Of a stretch of DNA of 64,000 bases, positions 30,930 to 39,737 are shown piece by piece. The position numbers were made by a program, and so were the translations under genes. The notes under the pieces were generated by a model. It did not search any database, was not told the origin of the DNA, and was given only the letters and a program-made list of their open reading frames with translations. This stretch comes from Eubacteriales bacterium (GTDB lineage: Bacteria > Bacillota > Clostridia > Christensenellales > Aristaeellaceae). The stretch lies in assembly GCA_028705775.1 (NCBI GenBank), contig JAQWCW010000003.1, forward strand, positions 14,239-78,238, given 5' to 3'. Positions within the stretch are counted from its first letter, which is position 1, and each line of letters begins with the position of its first letter.

Positions 30930-33525
30930 TAAACCCGAAATAAAAGAACGGCTGCATAAGCGCGGGCAGGGGCTTATTGTAATAATCCTCAACCTGGTTC
31001 TGCTTTCGTGCGCGATTCTCTTTTACACAATGTACACGAGCGCGTACGAAAAGCGGCTGAACGATGAGAATTTAGGCAATATAGCCAACATGAACCGCTC
31101 CGCTGCAATGAACGCTACGGCGCTGATTGAGAGCATGAACATAAAGCTCGACGATTTGGCGCAGTACGTCAAAAAGCACGCCCTCGACCTTGAGGGCGCG
31201 CTTGAAATGATTGACGACGCGAACTCAAGCAGCGAAAGGTATTTCGAGCTAATCGGGTAGGACGCGAAGGGCTATCTTGCCGAGCGCGGCGAGGACGGGC
31301 TTTTCCCGCAGCTTGATTATTCCCACACTTCCTATGCGCCGCTGCAAAGGATTTTCAAGGAAGAATATCCGGACGGAATCGGCAAAATCCGCTTTGCGCC
31401 GGAATACACTGACGGCGGAAGAAGCGCCGAAAAATTCTTCGCAATATACAGGCGCATAATAATCAAGGACGGCGATAAGGACGTTCCCTACACTATTATG
31501 CTCGCAACGAGAGCAAAAAGCGTGCTAGAGGTGCTTAACGCGCAGGACGATTATCTGGGTCAGTCCACAGTGCTTATCGACGACGCGGGCAACTATATCG
31601 TCAGCAACATCGACTTCAAGTCGAGCAACTTCTTCCAGTACCTGTATGTGTACAACAACCTGTCGATGGACAAGCGCAACGCGATAATAAACGAAGTGAA
31701 GGAAAAAGGCGCGGGCGAATTGTACTACAAGAATTCAGGCAACAAGATAGAGGACTGCGTTTACCGCTACGAAAGGATTGAGAACAGCGGCTGGTACTGC
31801 ATAACCGCCATTCCGCTTTCCTCCTTCCACTCCCCCGTGTTCAACATGAGCTATGCAATTTATGCCGTAGCCGCGCTGCTTCTGCTCCTGCTGACGGATT
31901 TGCTGTGGCTGCAGGGAATGAACCGCCGCCTCCGCGTGAGTATGCTCAGGGAAAAGGAAGCGAGCGCCGCAAAAGGCAGCTTCATGTCCCGTATGTCGCA
32001 TGAAATACGCACTCCGCTAAACGCGGTAATAGGCTACAACACGATTGCGCGCAACGAAATGAGCGACGCAAACGACGACGCGTCGCGCAGGCAGGCGGAG
32101 ATGAAGGTGCTGGACTGCCTTACAAAGAGCGATATCGCGTCAAGGCATCTGCTGACGATAATCAACGACGTTCTGGATATGTCCGCAATCGAAAGCGGTA
32201 AGATTAAGGTTTCCGTTGAGCGCTTCGATTTCAAGGGGCTGATAAGCTCAATAACCACCATTTTCTATTCGCAGGCGCGCGCAAAGGGCGTCGAGCTTGA
32301 GGTTGTGTTTGACGCGCTTACCGAGGAATGGTATATGGGCGACCAGCTCAGGGTAAACCAAGTGCTGACAAACCTGCTTTCAAACGCAATCAAGTTCACT
32401 CCGGAGGGCGGAAAAGTAAGGCTCACAATCAGCCTTGCGGAAAACTCCGAAAAGAAGGCGCGCATTCACTTTGCCGTGTCCGATACGGGAATCGGAATGA
32501 CAAAGGAATACCTCAGCCACATCTTCGTGCCGTTTGAGCAGGCGGATTCCTCAATCTCGCGGCGCTTCGGCGGAACGGGGCTTGGGCTTTCCATAACAAA
32601 GAACCTGATTGACCTTATGCACGGAACAATCGAAGTTTCGAGCGAGCCGAGCAAGGGCTCACAGTTTGACGTTGAGCTGACCTTCGGGCGCACGGCGCAG
32701 CCCTCGCAGGAGGAAGCCTACGATTTCAGCTATATCAAGGCGCTCGTTGTGGACGACGACGCAAGCACCCGCGATTACATCAAGCTGCTGTTCGGGCGCT
32801 GCGGCGCAAGATGCTCCGCCGTCGCTTCGGGCGACGCGGCTGTGGACGCTTTCAAGGCGGCGCAGGCGATGGGCGAAAGCTATACAATGTGCCTTGTGGA
32901 CTGGCGTATGCCGCAAATGGACGGAATCGACACAATCAAGCGTCTGCGCGAGGTTTCGGAAAAGGATATACCAATCGTGGTGCTTACGGCATACGATTAC
33001 TCGGAGCTTGCGGAAAAAGCGGAGGACGTTGGCATAAAGAAGTTCATCGCAAAGCCGCTTTTCCAGTCAACGCTCTTTGACCTGCTCGCCAATCTTTCGG
33101 GCGGAAAAGCTCACCTTAACCTGCAAAAGAACAAGGTGTACGATTTCAAGGGTCGGCGCGTGCTGCTTGCCGAGGACAACGCAATGAACATGGAAATAGC
33201 CAAAAAAATAATGGAGTCCGCGGGTCTTAACGTTGACGAGGCATGGAACGGGCGCGAGGCTGTTGAAAAGTTCAAGGCGGCGCAGGCGGGCTATTATATG
33301 GCAATACTGATGGACGTGCATATGCCGGAAATGAACGGGCATGACGCGGCGCGGACAATCCGCGCAATGGAGCATCCCGAAGCAAAAACGATTCCCATAA
33401 TCGCAATGACAGCGGACGCGTTTGCCGAAAACGTTGCCGAGGCAAAGGCGGCGGGAATGAACGAGCATATCGCAAAGCCAATCGACATTCCGACGCTGTT
33501 TTCCACTTTGAGCAGATATGCGTGA
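30913..33525 (+). pseudogene. TM/Cache-like sensor hybrid histidine kinase with two C-terminal REC domains, interrupted by a single in-frame TAG at 31258-31260
   Basis: ORFs 30913-31260 and 31498-33525 share one frame, and 31261-31497 is open (DAKGYLAERGEDGLF...). H-box SHEIRTPLNAVIGY. N/G boxes LSNAIKFT and GGTGLGLSI. REC1 has VDWRMPQMDG..AKP. REC2 has LMDVHMPEMNG..AKP. The start overlaps the SBP gene by 17 nt. Confidence 0.8.
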
Positions 33526-33545
33526 GGTCAGCGGGGCTGAAAAAC

Positions 33546-34082
33546 CTACGGAATAAGCTTCATATCGCGTCCGAGCATATCGTCGCTCGGGCGCGTGTTT
33601 TCGTTTCGGAACATAACGTAGTCAATCGGAATTCCCTTTTTCTCTGCCATTTTGATGGTCAGGAAGGTTCCGCCGTATCTCCCTGTGTATAAGGCGATAA
33701 GCCTGTCGCTTTTCTCTATCATCCATCTGTCCCGCCGCTGCATACAGCCGTCCGAATATCTTTCGGCAAGCACGGTAACGCTGTCGGCGCTCCGGATTAT
33801 ATCAAAATAATTCCGCCTGTCGCTTTCGCGCCAGCGCGCGTACTGACCCGAACAGGGAATCGCGCAATGCAGCCTTACGTCCCCGTGAAGCGCGCGAAAG
33901 GCGATTACCTCCCGCGCCGCCCATTGGTCAACGCCAAGCGCCATTCCGGATATGAAATTTCGGCAGCCGAGGCTGTAAGCCCGCTCAATCGCCTGATACA
34001 ACAGGCGCTTTAGCAGCAAAACGTCGTCGCCGCATATATGCAGGTGCTGCGGGCGATGACCCGTAAACGCGCAAGTCAGCAT
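33546..34082 (-). CDS. DUF1273/YpsA-like SLOG family protein
   Basis: 178 aa. N-terminal CAFTGHRP motif and GMALGVDQWAA block typical of the family. GGAGGAAAT RBS. Confidence 0.7.
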   Translation of the reverse strand: MLTCAFTGHRPQHLHICGDDVLLLKRLLYQAIERAYSLGCRNFISGMALGVDQWAAREVIAFRALHGDVRLHCAIPCSGQYARWRESDRRNYFDIIRSADSVTVLAERYSDGCMQRRDRWMIEKSDRLIALYTGRYGGTFLTIKMAEKKGIPIDYVMFRNENTRPSDDMLGRDMKLIP

Positions 34083-34232
34083 ATTTCCTCCAAAGTGCTT
34101 GATATAAGCATTATAGCAAAGCCGCCGCCCGCGTTAAAGCGAACATCGGAATTTTTCTGCATAAAAACGGGTGTCAACGCGCGAATAAGCGCCGCATAGA
34201 CTGAAAAGAAGCTGAAAGGAGGCTGATTTTTG

Positions 34233-36068
34233 ATGTGCGGAATCGCAGGATGCGTTGATTTCGGCGCAGATTTTCTTATGGAAGCGGAGAAAAGCGAGGA
34301 AACGGCGAAGCGGGCGTGCGGCGCGCTGAGGCGGCGCGGGCCGGACGGCTTTGGCATTTATGTTCAGAAGCATTTGCTGATGGCGCATACCCATCTGGCG
34401 CTCATGGAGGAGGTTAACGGCTCTCAGCCCGCGCGGCGGAATTTCGGCGGCGAGTGCGCAATATGTATGTGCGGCGAAATCTTCAACAGCGGAGAATTGA
34501 GGCGCGAGCTTGAGGGCAGGGGCTACGGGTTTCAGGACGGCGGAGACGCGGAGGTTGCGCTTGCGGCGTTCATGGAATACGGCGAAAAATGCGTCGAGCG
34601 CTTTGACGGAGTATTCGCCCTTGCCGCATGGAATGCAAAAACGGAAACGCTGCTTCTTACGCGGGACAGGATTGGCGTAAAGCCCCTTTTCGTCTATACC
34701 GAGGGCGCGAGAATTTTCTTCGCCTCCGAGCCGCAGGCAATCCTTGAAATGCTTGAGAAAAAGCCGAAAATATCCGAAAACGGCTTGCGCGAGCTGCTCG
34801 CGCTATCGCCGCTCCGCTCCGTCGGCGAGGGTATTTTTGATAATATGCGCGAGTTCATGCCCGCGCGCGCGATGACAATCACCCGCGAGGGCTGCACGGA
34901 AAGAAGCTACTGGCAGCTCAAATCAATGCGGCATACGGACAGCTATGACGACACAGCCCAGCACGTCCGCTATCTCCTCTCCCGCGCGGTAAGGGCGCAG
35001 GCGCATTTTGACGCGCCAATCTGCACCTTCCTGAGCGGCGGGCTTGATTCCTCCGTCGTCACCGCGCTTTGCGCCGAAAGCCTGCGCGAAAAGGGGGTAG
35101 CCCTTTCGACATACTCCTTCGAGTACGGCGACAACAGCAGGTATTTTAAACCGACGGCATATCAGCCGGACACGGACGACAACTGGGCGGCGCGCGTTGC
35201 GGCGGAAATCGGCACGGAGCATATGATACTGAGCCTTTCGAGCGCGGAAATACACAAGCTGATTCCGGCGGCGGCAGAGGCGCGGCTTTTCCCCGGAATG
35301 GGCGATATCGACGCTTCGCTTCTGGCATTTGTTTCGCGGGCAGCAAAGCGCCACGGCGTTGCGCTTTCCGGCGAATGTGCGGACGAGGTTTTCTGCGGCT
35401 ATCCATGGTGCGCGCGCGACATTGCGCGCGGCGCTTTGCCGTGGGATACGGACAGGGAGGCGCGGACGCGGCTTATAGCCCCCGAAACGGCGGCGCGGCT
35501 TGAGCTTGAAGAATACGCCGCGGAAAAGGCGCGCGCGCTTTGGGACTCCGCGCCCGTTGAAGGCTCCGCGAGCGAAAAGGACGAGGCGAGAAAGCGCGTG
35601 AATTACATGAACCTATACGGCTTCATGCACACCCTTATGGAGCGCAAGGACAGAATGACAATTTACTCATCCTTGGAAATCCGTGTTCCCTTCTCCGATT
35701 ACAGGCTAATCGAATACGTTTACAACACTCCCGACGCGTTCAAGCACCCGGGCGGCGAAAACAAAGGGCTGCTCAGGCGCGCCGCACGCGGGCTTTTGAG
35801 CGAAAACACCCTGCACCGCCCGAAATCGCCCTACCCCAAAACGCACAGCCCCGTATATGAAAAAGCGATAACGGAGGTCATGCGCGGCATTCTTGCCGAT
35901 TCCTCCTCGCCGCTCTATAAATATATGGACAGAAACGCCCTCTCCGCCCTGCTCCAATCGGAAACGGAGGTAGGAAAGCCGTTTTTCGGTCAGCTCATGG
36001 CGCGCCCGCAAATGCTCGCATGGCTCTGGCAGCTCGACATTTTCCTCAGAAAATTCGACGCGGCGTAA
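34233..36068 (+). CDS. asnB: asparagine synthase (glutamine-hydrolysing)
   Basis: MCGIAG N-terminal nucleophile Cys2. PP-loop FLSGGLDSS. Length about 611 aa. The ATG at 34233 is preferred over the TTG at 34230. Confidence 0.9.
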   Translation: MCGIAGCVDFGADFLMEAEKSEETAKRACGALRRRGPDGFGIYVQKHLLMAHTHLALMEEVNGSQPARRNFGGECAICMCGEIFNSGELRRELEGRGYGFQDGGDAEVALAAFMEYGEKCVERFDGVFALAAWNAKTETLLLTRDRIGVKPLFVYTEGARIFFASEPQAILEMLEKKPKISENGLRELLALSPLRSVGEGIFDNMREFMPARAMTITREGCTERSYWQLKSMRHTDSYDDTAQHVRYLLSRAVRAQAHFDAPICTFLSGGLDSSVVTALCAESLREKGVALSTYSFEYGDNSRYFKPTAYQPDTDDNWAARVAAEIGTEHMILSLSSAEIHKLIPAAAEARLFPGMGDIDASLLAFVSRAAKRHGVALSGECADEVFCGYPWCARDIARGALPWDTDREARTRLIAPETAARLELEEYAAEKARALWDSAPVEGSASEKDEARKRVNYMNLYGFMHTLMERKDRMTIYSSLEIRVPFSDYRLIEYVYNTPDAFKHPGGENKGLLRRAARGLLSENTLHRPKSPYPKTHSPVYEKAITEVMRGILADSSSPLYKYMDRNALSALLQSETEVGKPFFGQLMARPQMLAWLWQLDIFLRKFDAA

Positions 36069-36083
36069 GGCTCAAAGCAAGCG

Positions 36084-36126
36084 CGATAAAACAAAACGCC
36101 TTCCCGAATCGGGAAGGCGCTCTTTG
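36084..36126. terminator. bidirectional intrinsic terminator between convergent asnB and the rRNA methyltransferase gene
   Basis: Stem GCCTTCCCG/CGGGAAGGC with a short loop. The U-tract is strongest on the minus strand (TTTTGTTTT). Confidence 0.6.
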
Positions 36127-36162
36127 GTATATTTACTTCGCCGGCTTTTCGGAATAATCCGC

Positions 36163-37521
36163 TCATACGCCGGTATCGTTTTCCCATTCGTCCCGCGCGC
36201 GGTTGCTTACGCGAAGCCCTTTGGGGTAATGGTTCTTCATCTGCCCGTCCACGCACTTTGAAAACATCAGCGGCAGCCCGCCCAATGTGAGCAGCGTCCA
36301 GCCGTTTTCCGCTCCGTCTGCAAAGAAGCTTTCGCCGCGCTGACAGGCTATCGCCTGCGGAAGCGTTACCTCATATTTCCTCTTGGCTGCGCCCGAAAGC
36401 GCGGAGAGCGCAAGCGCGTGGGACGGTTCAAAGCGCCCGGGCTTTATTTCTCCCAAGGTCAGCCCCGCGCGCAGAACGTGCAGCCCCGCAAGCGGCGGCA
36501 TATCGGCAGGGCAGGAAAGCAGGGAGCGCCCGAACATGAGCGCAGCGGGCGCGGCGGAGGTGAAATTTTCCCTCCAGAACGCCTGAAAAAGCCCCGCGCT
36601 TTCCTTATCCGGCGTTTTCAGCCCGCTTGAATGCGCGCGGTGCGGCGATTCCCCGTCCTTAATAATCAGCGCCATAAAATGCCCCTCGCCGCGAACCTTG
36701 TGCGGGAAAATGTGCATATAGCCCGCGCCTGCTGTGCCAAGCCCCTCAAGGGCAAACGGCGCAAGATGAAAATCCTCATGCCGCGCAAGGAAGGAAAGCA
36801 CCGTTCCCTCGTTTTCAATTTCATTGTAGGTGCAGGTGGAATAGACAAGCCGCCCGCCGGCGCGGAGCATTTTCGCCGCCGCGTCAAGAATTCCGCTCTG
36901 CCTTTCGGCGCAAAGGCGCGGCGAATCCTCCGTCCACTCGGCAATCGCTTCGGGATGCCTGCGGAACATACCCTCGCCTGAGCAGGGCGCGTCCACAAGC
37001 ACCGCGTCAAAAAATTCAGGCAGGCATTCCGCAATTTTTTGCGGCATTTCTGAAATTACAACGGCGTTTTGTACGCCCATGCGCTCAACGTTGCGCGAAA
37101 GCACAAGCGCGCGCTTCTGCACAGGCTCGTTAGCAACGAGCAGCCCGCTTCCGCGCATATAATCCGCAAGCTGCGTGGTTTTTCCGCCCGGCGCGGCGCA
37201 CAAATCAAGCACGCGCTCGCCCTCTCTTGGCATAAGCAGCGCGGCGGGCGCCATGGCGCTCGGCTCCTGAAGATAGTGCGCGCCCATATCATGGTAGGGG
37301 TGCTGCCCAGCCATGCTGCCCGCGGACAGGTAAAACCCGCCTTTTGCCCATGGAACAGCCCCGATAACATCCTGTGGAAACGCCGAAAGCGCGCCTTCAT
37401 ACCCGCTTCTTACGCGGATTCCGCGCGTCGGCGCTTCCTTCATCGCGGAAAAGAAACGGGAGGCTTCTTCTTTAAGCATCCCGTTCATGTTTTCGATAAA
37501 GCTCTTTTTCAGCTCCGTCAT
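36163..37521 (-). CDS. RsmB/RsmF family rRNA cytosine-C5 methyltransferase
   Basis: SAM motif LDLCAAPGGKT. Catalytic DAPCSGEGMFRR and YSTCT blocks. C-terminal PUA-like extension. The start overlaps the upstream ATPase gene by 4 nt. Confidence 0.85.
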   Translation of the reverse strand: MTELKKSFIENMNGMLKEEASRFFSAMKEAPTRGIRVRSGYEGALSAFPQDVIGAVPWAKGGFYLSAGSMAGQHPYHDMGAHYLQEPSAMAPAALLMPREGERVLDLCAAPGGKTTQLADYMRGSGLLVANEPVQKRALVLSRNVERMGVQNAVVISEMPQKIAECLPEFFDAVLVDAPCSGEGMFRRHPEAIAEWTEDSPRLCAERQSGILDAAAKMLRAGGRLVYSTCTYNEIENEGTVLSFLARHEDFHLAPFALEGLGTAGAGYMHIFPHKVRGEGHFMALIIKDGESPHRAHSSGLKTPDKESAGLFQAFWRENFTSAAPAALMFGRSLLSCPADMPPLAGLHVLRAGLTLGEIKPGRFEPSHALALSALSGAAKRKYEVTLPQAIACQRGESFFADGAENGWTLLTLGGLPLMFSKCVDGQMKNHYPKGLRVSNRARDEWENDTGV

Positions 37522-38198
37522 ATATCAAGCCACTCCGGACGCATATACGGCGTTAAAATGAAGCGCTCGCCGTCCGTATTTTCGCCTATCTTTTCGGCAA
37601 TATCCTCCGTCATGACCGTCATAGCAATCGGAAGCCCCGTTTTTTCGCTGATTTCGCGAAGCACCCTCTGCCCCTCCAGCACGGTTTCCGCCTCGGTATC
37701 GCGCGCGGTATTCGTGTTGTTGACGATTGCGTCCGGCTTCATCCTTGCGCGCTCGCTGACTCTCTCCATCAAATCAAGCGTATCCTCGGCAGTTCCCGAA
37801 AGCGGGCGACAGGCGTTGACGACAAACAGCATCGTCACCTTATCACGCTCACGCTTGAAGCTCGGCTCAAACACGCCGAGAGCCGCCGCGCCCGTATCAT
37901 CGCCGCCGACATCGAAAATAATCACGTCCTCATCGGAATTGAAAACGCTCTGAATCTCTGCGGGCAGCGCGGGAATATCGACGGCGCTCATTGCAAACGT
38001 CGGCATAAGCACGCGAACGCCGTGCCCGACAAGCATATCCTTGCGCTCCGCGCTGCGGAAATACGGATTCACGATGTCAAAATCGACAAGGCAGACCCTC
38101 TTGCCACTGCCTGCGTATTTAACCGCCATATTAAGTGCGATTTCCGTTTTTCCGCTGCCATAATTGCCCGTCAGAATGATGTACCTTTTATCCGCCAT
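37518..38198 (-). CDS. P-loop NTPase (MinD/ParA-like SIMIBI-class ATP-binding protein), function unknown
   Basis: Walker A LTGNYGSGKTE. VCLVDFDIVNPYF block. Walker B-like IIFDVGGDD. Confidence 0.65.
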   Translation of the reverse strand: MADKRYIILTGNYGSGKTEIALNMAVKYAGSGKRVCLVDFDIVNPYFRSAERKDMLVGHGVRVLMPTFAMSAVDIPALPAEIQSVFNSDEDVIIFDVGGDDTGAAALGVFEPSFKRERDKVTMLFVVNACRPLSGTAEDTLDLMERVSERARMKPDAIVNNTNTARDTEAETVLEGQRVLREISEKTGLPIAMTVMTEDIAEKIGENTDGERFILTPYMRPEWLDI

Positions 38199-38214
38199 TT
38201 AACAAAACCCGCTT

Positions 38215-39729
38215 TCATTGACGATTGTCGTCGTCGTCCTGCCGCTCGGATGGATAAACCGGCGCCCTGAACGCGCTCTCGCGGTCAACAGGCGGCGGCA
38301 GGGTATCAAGCCCCGGCATTTCCGCCTCGTCCATCATAAGGCGCTCGATAATCCGCTTCCCCCAGCCCTCGCCCTTGCGCTTTGCGCTCTGCCTGCGCCC
38401 TGCCCTGCGCGGGCCGGACACGAGCGGAACCTGCGCTCCGTCGCCCGAAACCCTGCCCCTGTATACATAGCCGCCCGATGGCTGATTCGGCGCGTATCCG
38501 TACCCGTCATCGACAGGCTGTACGGCGTTATATCCGTACCCGTCATCGACAGGCTGTACGGCGTTATATCCGTACCCGTCATCGACTGGCTGTACGGCGT
38601 TATATCCGTACCCATCATCGGCTGGCTGTACTGCGTTATATCCGTACCCGTCATCGACAGGCTGTACGGCGTTATATCCGTACCCGTCATCGACTGGCTG
38701 ATTTACGCCGATACCAAAGCTGCCGACAGGCGCATTGGTAAAGCCGTCGTCAACCGGCGTATCGGAGTACGGCTGCTGATAATCGTAATCCTGCGGCGCA
38801 AATTCGTCCTGCCTGCTTTGCGCGGCAGACGGAGCATACTGCGCGGTTTGCTCGTACTGCTCAGGCTGAATGTACTGCGTCGGCTGACCGTACTGCTCAG
38901 GCTGAATGTACTGCGTCGGCTGACCGTATTGCTCAGGCTGAATATACTGCGTCGGCTGCGCGTACAGGGCGGTGTCCCCGTAGCCCGAATCGGACGCGCC
39001 ATCATCCGCCGCCGTATTTTCCGCATATCCGCCGAGCGTTTCATTGCCGTAGGGCGCGGGCGAAACGCCGTTTTGTATATCGCCGCGGTTATATGCCTTT
39101 TCACGGCGAAGCCTTCCGGCCGCATAGCGGCGCGTTCCGTTCTCCTCGCCGCCTTCCTCCGCGGGAGTCTGATATGCTCTGGTTTCCCCGCCGCTGTAAG
39201 CGTACTGCTCCTGCGGCAAAGCGGGAGCCCCGCGTTTCCAGTCAGGAGGCGGCATATACGCCGTATAATCGGCAGGCGGGAAGGGCGAAGCCTCGGCGTA
39301 AACGTTCGTTTCCTGCCGCGCAGGCCCGCTGTACCTGCCCGAAAGCCGCCTCGTTTCCTGCCCGCCGTCATAATTCACGTCCGGAATGCGCGTCCCGACG
39401 CGCGTTTCAGAGCTTACGGTTCCGCGCGGCGAAGCGCCCGCAAAGGCAATTCCCGCAACGGGAGTATCGCCGCTCAGCTCTTTTCTGTGGAAAATTCGCC
39501 GCAGCTTGCTCGCCCAGACCTTGTACGGTCTCCAGCGAAGCATCCATATTACAAAGTCAATCACCGCGCCCGCGGCTATCAGAACAATAGCGATAATCTT
39601 CCAGTTTTGCAGTATAAAACTGAGCGCGCCGTGACCGGACGTATCGGAAAACAGCGAAACAAACCAGTTCGCGGCGCTCTGCGTCCATCCGAGAAGGATA
39701 TTCAGAAGAAAGTTAACAAATCCGTTCAT
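38215..39729 (-). CDS. membrane-anchored protein with Tyr/Gly/Asp/Gln-rich tandem repeats, function unknown
   Basis: 504 aa. Two N-terminal TM segments, then a low-complexity region with 3x PTQYIQPEQYGQ and 6x NAVQPVDDGYGY. GGAGTGA RBS. 8-nt gap after cdaR. Confidence 0.7.
   Translation of the reverse strand: MNGFVNFLLNILLGWTQSAANWFVSLFSDTSGHGALSFILQNWKIIAIVLIAAGAVIDFVIWMLRWRPYKVWASKLRRIFHRKELSGDTPVAGIAFAGASPRGTVSSETRVGTRIPDVNYDGGQETRRLSGRYSGPARQETNVYAEASPFPPADYTAYMPPPDWKRGAPALPQEQYAYSGGETRAYQTPAEEGGEENGTRRYAAGRLRREKAYNRGDIQNGVSPAPYGNETLGGYAENTAADDGASDSGYGDTALYAQPTQYIQPEQYGQPTQYIQPEQYGQPTQYIQPEQYEQTAQYAPSAAQSRQDEFAPQDYDYQQPYSDTPVDDGFTNAPVGSFGIGVNQPVDDGYGYNAVQPVDDGYGYNAVQPADDGYGYNAVQPVDDGYGYNAVQPVDDGYGYNAVQPVDDGYGYAPNQPSGGYVYRGRVSGDGAQVPLVSGPRRAGRRQSAKRKGEGWGKRIIERLMMDEAEMPGLDTLPPPVDRESAFRAPVYPSERQDDDDNRQ
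38495..38710. repeat. in-frame 36-bp tandem repeat, 6 units, inside the membrane protein gene
   Basis: Unit TATCCGTACCCGTCATCGACAGGCTGTACGGCGTTA with very few substitutions. Encodes NAVQPVDDGYGY on the minus strand. Confidence 0.9.
38854..38960. repeat. in-frame 36-bp tandem repeat, about 3 units, inside the membrane protein gene
   Basis: Unit GTACTGCTCAGGCTGAATGTACTGCGTCGGCTGACC. Encodes PTQYIQPEQYGQ on the minus strand. Confidence 0.9.
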
Positions 39730-39737
39730 TCAATAAT

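Noticed and set aside
30138-31260. Pyrrolysine as the specific explanation for the two in-frame TAGs.
   Set aside because: No pyl genes, PYLIS-like context or methylamine methyltransferases are visible in this window, and TAG also terminates four genes here. I therefore only flag read-through or recoding as a hypothesis to test, not as a call.
31277-31459. 60-aa ORF between the two kinase ORF pieces.
   Set aside because: It is in a different frame from the continuous kinase reading frame, which stays open across this interval and encodes sensor-domain-like sequence.
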